64,000 nucleotides of DNA, from assembly GCA_963805085.1 (NCBI GenBank), contig CAWDTA010000002.1, positions 704,001-768,000 on the forward strand. The letters are read 5' to 3'. The notes beneath the pieces were generated by a model, which was given only the letters and a program-made list of their open reading frames with translations, searched no databases and was not told the origin of the DNA. This DNA is from an uncultured Veillonellaceae bacterium. Its GTDB lineage: Bacteria > Bacillota > Negativicutes > JARBTT01. The first letter of the stretch is position 1. The number at the start of each line of letters is the position of its first letter. This document shows positions 29,516 through 40,034 of this stretch, piece after piece. Made by a program: the position numbers and the translations under genes.

Positions 29516-30421
29516 ATGATTTATACAGTTACTTTTAACCCATCATTAGATTATATCGTAAAACTAGATACGTTTAAAACAGGTGAGGTTAACCGTACAA
29601 AAACAGAAATACTCTACTGCGGCGGTAAAGGGATTAACGTTTCGATCGTCTTAAAAAATCTTGGTTTTACGAGTAAGGCTCTTGGCTTTATTGCCGGCTT
29701 TATCGGTAAAGAGATTGAAAACCGCTTAAACATACTTGGCTGTGAAAGTAATTTCATTGAACTGACAAATGGTCTTTCGCGTATCAATGTAAAAATAAAA
29801 GCTGAAGAAGAAAGTGAAATTAACGGTCAAGGACCATTAATCGACGAAGCTGCTTTAACTACATTATTTACACAATTAGATACACTAACTGCTGGCGATA
29901 CACTTGTACTAGCTGGTAGCATTCCGAATACTTTACCGAGCGATATTTACGAAAAAATCATGGCTCATTTAATGGATAAAGACATTCATATCATCGTTGA
30001 TGCAACCTGCTCTTTATTATTAAATGTTTTAAAATACAAACCATTCTTAATTAAACCTAACAACCACGAATTGGGTGAAATGTTTGGTGTTACATTAAAG
30101 AGCGATGATGAAATCATCACCTATGCTAAAAAGCTTCAAGACCTTGGTGCACAAAATGTTCTTATATCCATGGCTGGTGCTGGAGCAATTCTCCTAACTA
30201 GCAATAAAGATGTTTATAAAAGCCAAGCTCCTCGAGGTACAGTCATAAATTCTGTTGGCGCAGGTGATTCTATGGTAGCAGGCTTCTTAGCGGGTTATCT
30301 AGAAAGTGGCGATTTACAAAAAGCTTTTAAAATGGGCGTAGCCACTGGTAGCGCTAGTGCTTTTTCCGAAGAACTAGCAACAAAAGCCGAAGTTGAAAAA
30401 CTTTTAAATTCTTTATTATAA
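29516..30421 (+). CDS. fruK: 1-phosphofructokinase
   Basis: TVTFNPSLD, GGKGINVS, KPNNHEL, NSVGAGDS. Confidence 0.95.
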   Translation: MIYTVTFNPSLDYIVKLDTFKTGEVNRTKTEILYCGGKGINVSIVLKNLGFTSKALGFIAGFIGKEIENRLNILGCESNFIELTNGLSRINVKIKAEEESEINGQGPLIDEAALTTLFTQLDTLTAGDTLVLAGSIPNTLPSDIYEKIMAHLMDKDIHIIVDATCSLLLNVLKYKPFLIKPNNHELGEMFGVTLKSDDEIITYAKKLQDLGAQNVLISMAGAGAILLTSNKDVYKSQAPRGTVINSVGAGDSMVAGFLAGYLESGDLQKAFKMGVATGSASAFSEELATKAEVEKLLNSLL

Positions 30422-30433
30422 GGGGGATATATT

Positions 30434-32317
30434 ATGCGTATTACTGATTTATTAAAAGCTAATGGGATTGCTTTAAATGCACAAGTAACATCAAAATCTG
30501 AAGCAATAGATACATTAGTTGACCTAATGGTAACTACAGGAAATATCTCGGACAAAGAAGAGTATAAAAAGGCTGTACTCGCACGCGAAGCAAGTAGCAC
30601 AACTGGTATTGGTGAAGCAATTGCAATTCCGCATGCGAAAAGTGCAGCGGTTAAATCCGCAGGTCTTGCTGCTATGATAGTTAAAGATGGTGTTGATTAC
30701 GAATCTTTAGATGGCCAACCAGCAAAACTGTTTTTCCTAATCGCCGCTCCTGATACTTCTGCTGATTTACATGTGGAAGTCTTAAGTCGTCTAGCTACCA
30801 TTCTTATGGATAGCAACTTTAAAAATGGTTTAATCAATGCCACGAGCACTGCTGAATTCTTAAAATTAATTGATGAAACAGAAACAAAAAAATTCCCCGA
30901 TGAAGCGCAAGCACCCGCTACTACTGCAGCAAAATCTGGTTATCAAGTACTTGCTGTTACTGCTTGTCCAACAGGCATTGCTCATACTTTTATGGCAGCA
31001 GAAAAACTGGAACAAACAGCAAAAGAAATGGGTATCTCAATTAAAGTCGAAACAAACGGCTCCGGCGGTGCAAAAAATGTGCTGACAGCCGCAGAAATTA
31101 GAAATGCTGATTGCATCATCATCGCTGCTGATAAAAATGTGGAACTGGCTCGTTTCAACGGCAAGCCAGTTATCCAAACGAAAGTCGCCGATGGGATTCA
31201 TAAAGCCAAAGAATTATTAACAAGAGCTACAACGTCTGAAGTTCCTATTTACCAAAGTGGCTCAAAAGCATCCGTGACTGAAGACGATGCCAATGAAAGT
31301 GTCGGTCGTACAATCTATAAACATTTAATGAATGGTGTTTCACATATGCTTCCATTTGTTATTGGTGGCGGGATCTTAATTGCGCTTGCTTTCTTATTTG
31401 ATGATTATACAATCGATCCTTCAAAATTTGGTTCTAATACGCCAACTGCCGCTTTCTTGATGAAGATTGGCGGCACAGCGTTTGGCTTCATGCTTCCTGT
31501 ACTTGCTGGCTTTATCGCAATGAGTATTGGTGATCGCCCTGCACTTGCTGTCGGCTTTGTTGGTGGCGCCCTTGCTAATATGGGTGGTTCTGGTTTCTTG
31601 GGTGCGTTAATCGCTGGTTTCGTTGCCGGTTATATCGTACTAGGCCTGAGAAAAATATTCTCCGGTCTACCTCAGTCCTTAGAAGGCCTCAAACCTGTTC
31701 TCCTCTATCCTTTCTTCGGTGTTCTTCTTATTGGTGCTATTATCATATTGGTTATTAATCCACCAGTAGGTGCTATCAATGCTTGGATGGCAGCTAGTTT
31801 AAACTCCTTAGGATCTGGCAGTAAAATTTTCCTTGGTATTTTACTAGGTGGTATGATGGCTGTCGATATGGGTGGCCCAGTGAATAAAGCCGCTTATGTA
31901 TTCGGTACAGCATCGCTCGCAAATGGTCAATATGAAATCATGGCAGCCGTTATGGCTGGTGGTATGGTTCCACCTCTTGCAATCGCACTTTGCACGACCT
32001 TCTTTAAAAACCGCTTCACAGAAAGCGAAAGAAAATCTGGTGTAACCAATTACATCATGGGGCTTTCCTTTATCACAGAAGGCGCGATTCCTTTTGCTTC
32101 GGCTGACCCAGTTAGAGTTATCCCTGCTTGCATCCTCGGTTCCGCAACAGCTGGCGCTTTATCTATGGCCTTTAGCTGCGCATTACGGGCACCGCATGGC
32201 GGCTTGTTTGTAGTACCAGTTATCAGTAACCCATTTGGCTATTTAGCAGCATTAGCAATTGGTTCCATCGTCGGGATGATTGTTCTTGCTGTTCTAAAAA
32301 AACCACTTACTAAATAA
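30434..32317 (+). CDS. fruA: PTS fructose-specific EIIABC
   Basis: IAIPHAK (IIA), ACPTGIAHT (IIB), DMGGPVNK and FITEGAIPF (IIC). Confidence 0.95.
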   Translation: MRITDLLKANGIALNAQVTSKSEAIDTLVDLMVTTGNISDKEEYKKAVLAREASSTTGIGEAIAIPHAKSAAVKSAGLAAMIVKDGVDYESLDGQPAKLFFLIAAPDTSADLHVEVLSRLATILMDSNFKNGLINATSTAEFLKLIDETETKKFPDEAQAPATTAAKSGYQVLAVTACPTGIAHTFMAAEKLEQTAKEMGISIKVETNGSGGAKNVLTAAEIRNADCIIIAADKNVELARFNGKPVIQTKVADGIHKAKELLTRATTSEVPIYQSGSKASVTEDDANESVGRTIYKHLMNGVSHMLPFVIGGGILIALAFLFDDYTIDPSKFGSNTPTAAFLMKIGGTAFGFMLPVLAGFIAMSIGDRPALAVGFVGGALANMGGSGFLGALIAGFVAGYIVLGLRKIFSGLPQSLEGLKPVLLYPFFGVLLIGAIIILVINPPVGAINAWMAASLNSLGSGSKIFLGILLGGMMAVDMGGPVNKAAYVFGTASLANGQYEIMAAVMAGGMVPPLAIALCTTFFKNRFTESERKSGVTNYIMGLSFITEGAIPFASADPVRVIPACILGSATAGALSMAFSCALRAPHGGLFVVPVISNPFGYLAALAIGSIVGMIVLAVLKKPLTK

Positions 32318-32351
32318 TTTTGCTTACAAAAGCTACCCCTCACCTTTAAAT

Positions 32352-32409
32352 AAAAAACGCCCGCATGAATATTACTTTCTACCAAGTAATTCATGCGGGC
32401 GTTTATTTT
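32352..32409. terminator. Bidirectional terminator
   Basis: AAACGCCCGCATGAAT...ATTCATGCGGGCGTTT. Confidence 0.85.
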
Positions 32410-32418
32410 AGTATGCAA

Positions 32419-33078
32419 TTAATTAATATCCACACTATGTACACCTTTGAGCTTCATCAAGGCTTCTGCGATATCAGCTGACTTTACGCAATGAATATTT
32501 AACGTATCAATATCAATAAAAACAGTTTTTGCGGTATTTTCTTTAATTTGCAGCCCCTTAGTCTTGATATGAAAGGCTTCTAAACATTTGCCAATTTCCC
32601 CTATTTGACCTGGCGTATCATCTGATTCAACAGAAATAAGCATATTTTTTTCATGGGTCACCCAATCATCCAAGCGAGATAACGTCCCTAATGTGGCAAA
32701 AACTAAAAAAGAAGTAAATAATGCCCCCACATAGAAACCAGCGCCAACGGCGAGCCCCACTCCAGCTACTACCCAAAGACAAGCCGCTGTAGTTAACCCT
32801 TTTATCGTCAAGCCCTCTTTCATAATCGTACCTGCACCTAAAAACCCGATTCCACTAACAACCTGAGCCGCAAGACGGGCTGGATCAGCATTGGTCAGCC
32901 CTTCAACCTGTTGATAAATATGTTGCGATAACACCATAATTAAACATGATCCCAAGCATACTAATATATTGGTACGAAGACCAGCTGATTTTCTCCTTGA
33001 CTGTCGTTCATAACCAACTAGCCCACCTAAAAAGCACGCCAAAATCAATCGTAATAATAACTCCCATTCTGAAACCAT
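32419..33078 (-). CDS. MgtC/SapB family protein
   Basis: AGLRTN, RLAAQVVSGIGFLGAG, GLTTAA; C-terminal ACT-like domain. Confidence 0.92.
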   Translation of the reverse strand: MVSEWELLLRLILACFLGGLVGYERQSRRKSAGLRTNILVCLGSCLIMVLSQHIYQQVEGLTNADPARLAAQVVSGIGFLGAGTIMKEGLTIKGLTTAACLWVVAGVGLAVGAGFYVGALFTSFLVFATLGTLSRLDDWVTHEKNMLISVESDDTPGQIGEIGKCLEAFHIKTKGLQIKENTAKTVFIDIDTLNIHCVKSADIAEALMKLKGVHSVDIN

Positions 33079-33324
33079 AATTCCACCTCATATCTTTTAG
33101 CAAAGATTATTGCCATATCACTTTCTGAATATATTCTTTTTCCCTATTGTTTAGAATAAATCCTGCTATATTAAGACTATTTACCTAGCGTAAACTTACT
33201 GATCATATAGCTTTCTTCCCTATTTTAATGTAAAATAGTACTATATTACATAGAAATTTTTTAACAAACTTTATCTACAATTTACAATAGCTATCATTGT
33301 CTGATACTAGGAAGGTGATATACA

Positions 33325-34248
33325 ATGGCAAAAAAAGTTAAAAAGAGACGGAGTACTCCACCTAAAACATGGTTTGTTTGGCTAATGTTACTTTTATTTT
33401 TTCCTATCGGGTTATATCTTTTATGGAAACATAAGCTCTATGCTTTGATTCCAAGAGTCACAATCACGATATTGGTTAGCTTTTTATTGTTCACGGCTAT
33501 TTTTACTGCTATACTATATAAACATTCTTTAGACAAAAAAGCTGAGGAAGCAAACGCGGAGCCAACTACCGCGCAGCAAGCAGATCCGCTTGAAATTGCA
33601 GCTGAACATTATAATCCACAGCAATTGGCTTTTCTACAATTTTCTCAAGATTTAAACCAGGAAATAAAAATCTATACCTCAATTCAAGATGAATATAAAT
33701 TGTTAATATCCGGCATCCAAAAAAATAAAACTCCTGCGCCTGGCATAGCAGCAGCTTATATTGATACGTTCAATCGTCGCTTAGAGCAATCCAAAGAACG
33801 TATTTTAGCAATGCAACCACCAGCGACCCTCAATGATTCTGATAAACAGCTTTTATCCAGTAACCTTCAAAGCTATGCTATCTTTCTTACTGACCTTGAA
33901 GCATCTTTTATGCTAATGCAAGATAGCTTGGTTCGTTCTGATGTCGAAGCCAGTAAACTCTCTGATCAAAATCTTGAGAAAGCAAAAAATAATCTGGAGC
34001 TTATTAAAACTGATTTAACTACAGTAGCGACGGCATTAAACGTCCCTTATGACGTACGACTAGAATTTAAAAATTTAGCTAAAATTCCACCAATCAACGA
34101 AATAGTCCAACTGAATAGTGACCCAATCCAAAAACCGACTATTACAGAAAATGAAAAAACAACAGCGACCATACAATCATTGCCACAAGGTAGCGTTGAG
34201 GGAGCCCCAATTGAAATAAAAGGCGATATCATTACCATCGGCGACTAA
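33325..34248 (+). CDS. Hypothetical membrane-anchored helical protein
   Basis: FFPIGLYLLWK TM hairpin then a coiled-coil region; RBS GGAAGGTG. Confidence 0.7.
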   Translation: MAKKVKKRRSTPPKTWFVWLMLLLFFPIGLYLLWKHKLYALIPRVTITILVSFLLFTAIFTAILYKHSLDKKAEEANAEPTTAQQADPLEIAAEHYNPQQLAFLQFSQDLNQEIKIYTSIQDEYKLLISGIQKNKTPAPGIAAAYIDTFNRRLEQSKERILAMQPPATLNDSDKQLLSSNLQSYAIFLTDLEASFMLMQDSLVRSDVEASKLSDQNLEKAKNNLELIKTDLTTVATALNVPYDVRLEFKNLAKIPPINEIVQLNSDPIQKPTITENEKTTATIQSLPQGSVEGAPIEIKGDIITIGD

Positions 34249-34315
34249 AAAGCGGGCTGTTTTAAATACATATTTTTTCAGAAAAACATCTAACTGATAT
34301 AATAAATTGCATAAA

Positions 34316-34366
34316 AACAAAAGTGGTATAAATAGTAGCGAACGGCTAAATTTATACCACTTTTTC
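34316..34366. terminator. Bidirectional terminator
   Basis: AAAAGTGGTATAAAT...ATTTATACCACTTTT. Confidence 0.75.
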
Positions 34367-34407
34367 CTTTATTTACGTTCCTTTTCCAGATTATTTTCCC
34401 TTAAAAA

Positions 34408-35325
34408 CTACTCTGAACTAACTCCATCATAAACAACGCTGCAATTCTTACCACTTTCCTTACCTTGATACAATGCAGCATCAGCAAAAGAAATATTTTT
34501 TTCCATTGTCAAATTAGGTGAAATTTGTACTAACCCAAAGGTAATGGTCACGCTAAAATAATTTTCCTTATATTTTATCTTTTTCTGGGCAATTTCTTCG
34601 CGAATCGTTTCAATAAAGATCTTTGCCGTATCAACAGTAACATTAGGGAAGAAAATAATAAACTCTTCACCACCCCACCTAGCGACAATATCATTCGCAC
34701 GGCAGACCCCATTCATAATACTCGCAACAGAATTTAAAACTTGATCCCCCATAGAATGGCCATAGGTGTCATTTATTTTTTTAAAGTTATCAATATCGCC
34801 CAATGCAATGACCATATTATCGGTATAACTATCTAATTGCATTTTTAATTTATTGGTAAAGTAACGTCGACTATAAATTTTAGTTAAGTAATCATGATTT
34901 ACCATCTTAGTCATTTCTTTAATTACCATATTGAGCTCGTTTTTGGCCCTTTGATTTTCTAAATGAACCATTACACGTGCCTTTAATTCCATCGGTACAA
35001 ATGGTTTGGCAATATAATCAACCCCACCATATTCAAAACATTGAATAATAATGTCACTATCTTGCTTTGCTGTAATAAACATAATAGGAATATTAGCTGT
35101 GATTGGAGAGGTTTTCAATTGTTTACATATTGCAAAACCATCGGTCTTCGGCAATATGAGATCAAGCAAAATTAAGTTCGGCTGTAACTCCGTCGCTAAT
35201 TTTAGTCCTTCTTCGCCAGTATGTGCTTTTACAATATCTAAACAATCCATCCTCAGGATATCTTCAACGATTTTACAAATTAAGGCACTATCATCTATCA
35301 CAAGTACTGTTTCTTTGCTTACCAT
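34408..35325 (-). CDS. Response regulator diguanylate cyclase (REC-GGDEF)
   Basis: REC domain (LVIDD, LLD, KP); RxxD I-site and GGEEF. Confidence 0.93.
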   Translation of the reverse strand: MVSKETVLVIDDSALICKIVEDILRMDCLDIVKAHTGEEGLKLATELQPNLILLDLILPKTDGFAICKQLKTSPITANIPIMFITAKQDSDIIIQCFEYGGVDYIAKPFVPMELKARVMVHLENQRAKNELNMVIKEMTKMVNHDYLTKIYSRRYFTNKLKMQLDSYTDNMVIALGDIDNFKKINDTYGHSMGDQVLNSVASIMNGVCRANDIVARWGGEEFIIFFPNVTVDTAKIFIETIREEIAQKKIKYKENYFSVTITFGLVQISPNLTMEKNISFADAALYQGKESGKNCSVVYDGVSSE

Positions 35326-35717
35326 ATCCAAACCTCCAATCGTTGCAAAATACTGATTGACTACAACGAATCTACTTATAATGCATAGATTCTACATGGA
35401 TATCCTTGTATCCTTTTCGTTTTAGCCCCTGTTTACTAGTTTAGACAAATATCTTTTTTATCTTTTATCATAATACTAAATTACAATAACTGTGGATAAT
35501 GTGTATAACAAAGTGCATAACTACACCTAAATATAAAATAACTATCAACGTTATTAGATCAAGAATACCGCAAATTAATACTGATTTTGTCATCTACCAC
35601 TATTTTTATGTAACACATTGCACTTTATTTTCATAAGCTACCACAAATAATAAAAAAAAAGTTAGCTCCGGGTAATAGACTTACCTTACACTAACTCTTA
35701 CTTTGGAGGTTGATTTG

Positions 35718-35963
35718 ATGAATACAAATGCAATGCCAATCCCAACTCTTGCACAACTAAATATCGGTCAAACTTGCCACATTAATACAATAGAACTGAC
35801 TGGTTTATTAAAAAGGCGCATTTTAGATTTAGGTCTAGTTCCTGGCACCTTAGTAGAGTGCGTTCGCCGTAGTCCCTCAGGAAACCCCAGCGCTTATCAC
35901 GTTCGCGGTACCACGATTGCCCTCCGTAATGAAGATGCAGATTTTATTAAAGTAAAGCTGTAA
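35718..35963 (+). CDS. feoA: Ferrous iron transport protein A
   Basis: RRILDLGLVPG...SPSGNP...IALR. Confidence 0.92.
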   Translation: MNTNAMPIPTLAQLNIGQTCHINTIELTGLLKRRILDLGLVPGTLVECVRRSPSGNPSAYHVRGTTIALRNEDADFIKVKL

Positions 35964-36002
35964 GGAAAGTGAATCCTTTCCTATTATCTAGGAGGAAAGA
36001 AC

Positions 36003-37946
36003 ATGCTTGAAAATCGTATGAAACACCTAGCACTTTTAAAAAACCGTTTTCATATTATCGCTAGCCCCCAACAGTTCATTGTCGCACTGGCCGGTAACCC
36101 CAATGTTGGTAAAAGTACTATCTTTAATGAACTAACCGGACTAAGACAACATACTGGCAACTGGCCGGGAAAAACCGTCGATAACGCCCAAGGAACCTTT
36201 CATTACTTTGAACAAGAGTTTCTACTCGTTGATTTACCAGGAACTTATTCGATCATGGCCCATAGCGTAGAGGAAGAAATCGCCCGTGATTTTATTTGTG
36301 ATGCAGAGCCAGACGCAACACTCATCGTAATTGACGCCTCCTGTCTCGAGCGCAATCTAAACTTAACCTTACAAATCATGAACATTACTTCTAAAGTTGT
36401 CGTCTGCGTCAATCTCCTTGATGAAGCCAAACGGAAAGGCATTGAAGTTGATCTCAAACGATTAAGCAAAGAACTTGGTGTTCCTGTCGTGGGTACAACG
36501 GCACGTACAGGTGAAGGGCTAGATAAATTAAAAGAAACGCTATTCGAAGTTGCCAATAACGAATTACTTATTATTCCTCGTAAAGTGAAACAAGATCAAC
36601 CCCCTTATGATGATCTTGCAAAAGATGAAGATAAAATCGTTGCCGCACTGTATCAGCAGGCCGAACAAATCAGTGAACATGTCGTTCGTAAAACAGAAAC
36701 ACTCAAAAAGTCCATCGAGCACCGCCTTGATGATTTATTGACCTCACGTTGGTTTGGCTACCCTACCATGCTATTACTACTCTGCGGTATCTTCTGGCTT
36801 ACGATTGTAGGGGCTAACCTACCTTCTGAGGTACTTGCCAGCGCGTTGTTTGCTTTACAAGATCGTTTAACCGAATTATTTATAAAACTAGATGCACCAA
36901 CTTGGCTACATGGTCTCCTCGTGCTTGGTATGTACCGTTCGCTTGCCTGGGTCGTCGCCGTAATGCTTCCACCAATGGCTATTTTTTTTCCACTCTTTAC
37001 CCTCTTAGAAGATTTGGGCTACTTACCACGCATCGCTTTTAACTTAGATCATGCTTTCAAGAAATGTCACTCTTGCGGTAAACAGATTCTTACCATGTGT
37101 ATGGGCTTTGGCTGTAATGCTGCTGGCATCGTTGCCTGTCGCATTATCGATTCACCACGGGAACGTCTCATTGCGTTGATCACCAACAATCTGGTTCCTT
37201 GCAATGGTCGTTTTCCTACCCTCATTGCCATTTCAACCATCTTTATCGCGGGAATGTTCGAACCAGAACTATCCTCCGTGATTACTGCCATTAGCATCAC
37301 AGTTATCGTTTTGCTGGGGATTTTACTTACCTTTATCAGTGCATGGGTTTTGTCTCATACCATCTTAAAAGGGGAACCGTCCACCAATATCCTAGAGCTC
37401 CCTCCCTACCGCATGCCACAATTCGGTGCCGTTATTTATCGATCCATCATTGACCGCACTTTATTTGTCCTAAAGCGCGCCGTCATCATGGCTGCACCTG
37501 CTGGTGCAATTACTTGGCTACTTGGCAACATCATCGTCGGTGAGTATAGCTTATTACAACACCTCGCCGAGCTGTTACAACCATTGGCTTACTACCTCGG
37601 TTTAGATGGTGTCATCTTGCTTGCTTTTATTCTCGGTTTACCAGCAAATGAAATCGTCATACCAATTATCCTGATGACCTATCTTTCTACCGGGCAAATA
37701 ACCGAAGCAGCCAGCTTAAGTGAGTTAAAAGATATTCTCCTCGCCAACGGCTGGACCTTACTGACCGCCATTAACACCATGCTCTTCTGCCTGCTTCACT
37801 GGCCATGTACAACAACTCTTCTCTCCGCCTACAAAGAAACCGGCAGTGCAAAATGGACCGCCGCAGCCTTCGCACTGCCAACGATTCTCGGTATTATTTT
37901 ATGCGCAACACTTGCCTTCACCACGAGAATTTTAGGGCTTGCCTAA
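36003..37946 (+). CDS. feoB: Ferrous iron transport protein B
   Basis: GNPNVGKS, GNWPGKT, DLPG, MGFGC gate, LELPPY. Confidence 0.95.
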   Translation: MLENRMKHLALLKNRFHIIASPQQFIVALAGNPNVGKSTIFNELTGLRQHTGNWPGKTVDNAQGTFHYFEQEFLLVDLPGTYSIMAHSVEEEIARDFICDAEPDATLIVIDASCLERNLNLTLQIMNITSKVVVCVNLLDEAKRKGIEVDLKRLSKELGVPVVGTTARTGEGLDKLKETLFEVANNELLIIPRKVKQDQPPYDDLAKDEDKIVAALYQQAEQISEHVVRKTETLKKSIEHRLDDLLTSRWFGYPTMLLLLCGIFWLTIVGANLPSEVLASALFALQDRLTELFIKLDAPTWLHGLLVLGMYRSLAWVVAVMLPPMAIFFPLFTLLEDLGYLPRIAFNLDHAFKKCHSCGKQILTMCMGFGCNAAGIVACRIIDSPRERLIALITNNLVPCNGRFPTLIAISTIFIAGMFEPELSSVITAISITVIVLLGILLTFISAWVLSHTILKGEPSTNILELPPYRMPQFGAVIYRSIIDRTLFVLKRAVIMAAPAGAITWLLGNIIVGEYSLLQHLAELLQPLAYYLGLDGVILLAFILGLPANEIVIPIILMTYLSTGQITEAASLSELKDILLANGWTLLTAINTMLFCLLHWPCTTTLLSAYKETGSAKWTAAAFALPTILGIILCATLAFTTRILGLA

Positions 37947-37947
37947 G

Positions 37948-38197
37948 TCATAACTACCCGTCCAACGGGTAGTTTGCACGTAGGCTGTAAGCCGCTATTA
38001 CTAGCCAGCCTCTAAAGGTGCTGCCTTTCACTTTGTTCACGCCACTATGTTTTTGTCATCTTTGCTATCCCTCAAGGGATATTTGTATTATTTTACTTTT
38101 TACCCTTAAAAGGGTCTTTATATTCTCTAACACCTAATTTATCTAATTCCTGATCCTGTTTCTCTTGCTCATGTATATATTTTTTATAGTGGCTTCA
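37948..38197 (-). mobile_element. IS200 remnant (tnpA 3' end and right end)
   Basis: Colinear with 44303-44553, including the ACCCGTCCAACGGGT hairpin and ATIKKYI...DPFKGKK codons. Confidence 0.85.
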
Positions 38198-38261
38198 ATG
38201 TGTATCCCAAATTTTTAAACTAGATGTCTTGATATTTTCTCTACATAATTCGGCATATATG

Positions 38262-39224
38262 TTAATATTTAATACCTTTCCAATAAATAGGCGTGCATAT
38301 TTCCGCGATTGCTGGCAAATGAACATCTTTCAAAGCCCATTTTTTGAATTCTTCAAAACCCGTTCTGTCCACAATATACCCGATATGTTCTTTACCCCCG
38401 GGCGCAAATGAATCTATATAATTTTTCACATAGTCGTAGGTATTGCAGATGATTTTAATAATGCTATCTTCATCCGCCCATTTTATAAAGTCTTCGCCCA
38501 AACGGGGATTTTTCTTACCGGTTCTGCCGAAAATAGTTAAACGGAAGTATTTATCATGGCTGCGCGTCCAAGCTCCAGTTGGGCAATTCAACACACACTG
38601 ACCGCAACCAATGCACTTACTGGCGTCATGTACTACCTTAAAGTTTACTGTTTTCAAAGCGCTTACTGAATTTTTGGTACAGGTTTTTACACAGGCACCA
38701 CAACTGACACAGCGTTCCTTGTCATATTGAGGCAAGGTCATACCCATAATACCAAAATCATGCATTCTTACTTTTGCGCAGTCATTAGGACAGCCAGTAA
38801 GAGCCACCTTAAAATGCAGGTCATTGGGGAAAATTGTCTTTTCAATCTTCATCGCAAATGCAGAGGTGTTATAACAAGCGTAAGGGCATACATTGTTTCC
38901 AACACAGGCTGTAACATTTCTTGTACCAGAAGAAGTATACCCTTGTCCCAAAACTTCTTGATTAATATCCAATCCCTCAATAATCGGTTGAATCAGCTCA
39001 TTTACCTTAGGCATATCTTCAAATTTAATACCCGGAATTTCAAATCCCTGCCGGGTTGTAATATTGACGATACCGTTGCCATAAGTTTCTGCAATATTTT
39101 GAATCATCCCTAAGTATTTTGCTTCCAAATAACCACCCGGAACACGAATACGGGAAGCAGTAAAACCTCTATGTTTTGTCACACGAAATGCATTCTTTTT
39201 TAGTTTTTGGGTATTAACGTCCAT
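38262..39224 (-). CDS. asrC: Anaerobic sulfite reductase subunit C
   Basis: RIRVPGG, TTRQG, ACVGNNVC, GCPNDC siroheme motifs, two ferredoxin motifs. Confidence 0.95.
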   Translation of the reverse strand: MDVNTQKLKKNAFRVTKHRGFTASRIRVPGGYLEAKYLGMIQNIAETYGNGIVNITTRQGFEIPGIKFEDMPKVNELIQPIIEGLDINQEVLGQGYTSSGTRNVTACVGNNVCPYACYNTSAFAMKIEKTIFPNDLHFKVALTGCPNDCAKVRMHDFGIMGMTLPQYDKERCVSCGACVKTCTKNSVSALKTVNFKVVHDASKCIGCGQCVLNCPTGAWTRSHDKYFRLTIFGRTGKKNPRLGEDFIKWADEDSIIKIICNTYDYVKNYIDSFAPGGKEHIGYIVDRTGFEEFKKWALKDVHLPAIAEICTPIYWKGIKY

Positions 39225-39239
39225 TTGATACCATCCCTT

Positions 39240-40034
39240 CTAATCAAGCAATTGACGGCCTTTTACAAAATTGAATACAGGTCCGTCCAGACAAATATAG
39301 GTGTCATTAATTTTACAATGGCCGCATTTTCCTATGCCGCAGCACATTTTTCGTTCATAGGAAATCCAAATATTTTTCTCGTGGAATCCTCTTTCTAAAA
39401 GCCCTTGTGTGGTAAATTTCATCATCATCGGAGGCCCAACGACAATTGCAGTCGCTTCGTTGACATTTTTAAAATTCAACCGCGGAATATATTGAGTGAC
39501 CAACCCAATTTTGCAGGTAGTATCGTTCTCCGCACTGTCTACAGTCAAAATGACATCCATCTTTTGCTTCCAGCGGCCAAAATCTTCACGAAACAAAATA
39601 TCCTTTGGTGTCTTAAACCCTGCAATCAGCGTCATGCCTTTTGTTTCTTCGATTTGGCTACAAAAATAATCGACTATACCCTTTACCGGGGAAAGACCGG
39701 TTCCTCCGACAATCACAACAAGTTCTTTTTCTTTGTAGTTGCCTATGTCAAAGCCATTGCCGTAAGGACCGCGCATAAATAGTTTATCACCAACGTAATG
39801 CTCAAAAATTTCATTGGTAACTTTACCAACGCGGCGGATGGTCAAATCCACTGTGCCATTGCCGATACCGCTTACAGATATAGGAGCTTCACCATACTTT
39901 GGGATTGATACTTCAAAAAACTGTCCGGGTCTCACATTCCCCTTATAAGTAAGACGAAAGGTATATTCAAGGTCTGTATGTTTAATGACATCCTTAATTT
40001 CAGACAAGAAGGGAAGGTACTCATTTGACTGCAT
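39240..40034 (-). CDS. asrB: Anaerobic sulfite reductase subunit B
   Basis: GEAPIS, RGPYGNGF, GGTGLSP, MCCGIGKCGHC...CLDGPVF. Confidence 0.95.
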   Translation of the reverse strand: MQSNEYLPFLSEIKDVIKHTDLEYTFRLTYKGNVRPGQFFEVSIPKYGEAPISVSGIGNGTVDLTIRRVGKVTNEIFEHYVGDKLFMRGPYGNGFDIGNYKEKELVVIVGGTGLSPVKGIVDYFCSQIEETKGMTLIAGFKTPKDILFREDFGRWKQKMDVILTVDSAENDTTCKIGLVTQYIPRLNFKNVNEATAIVVGPPMMMKFTTQGLLERGFHEKNIWISYERKMCCGIGKCGHCKINDTYICLDGPVFNFVKGRQLLD

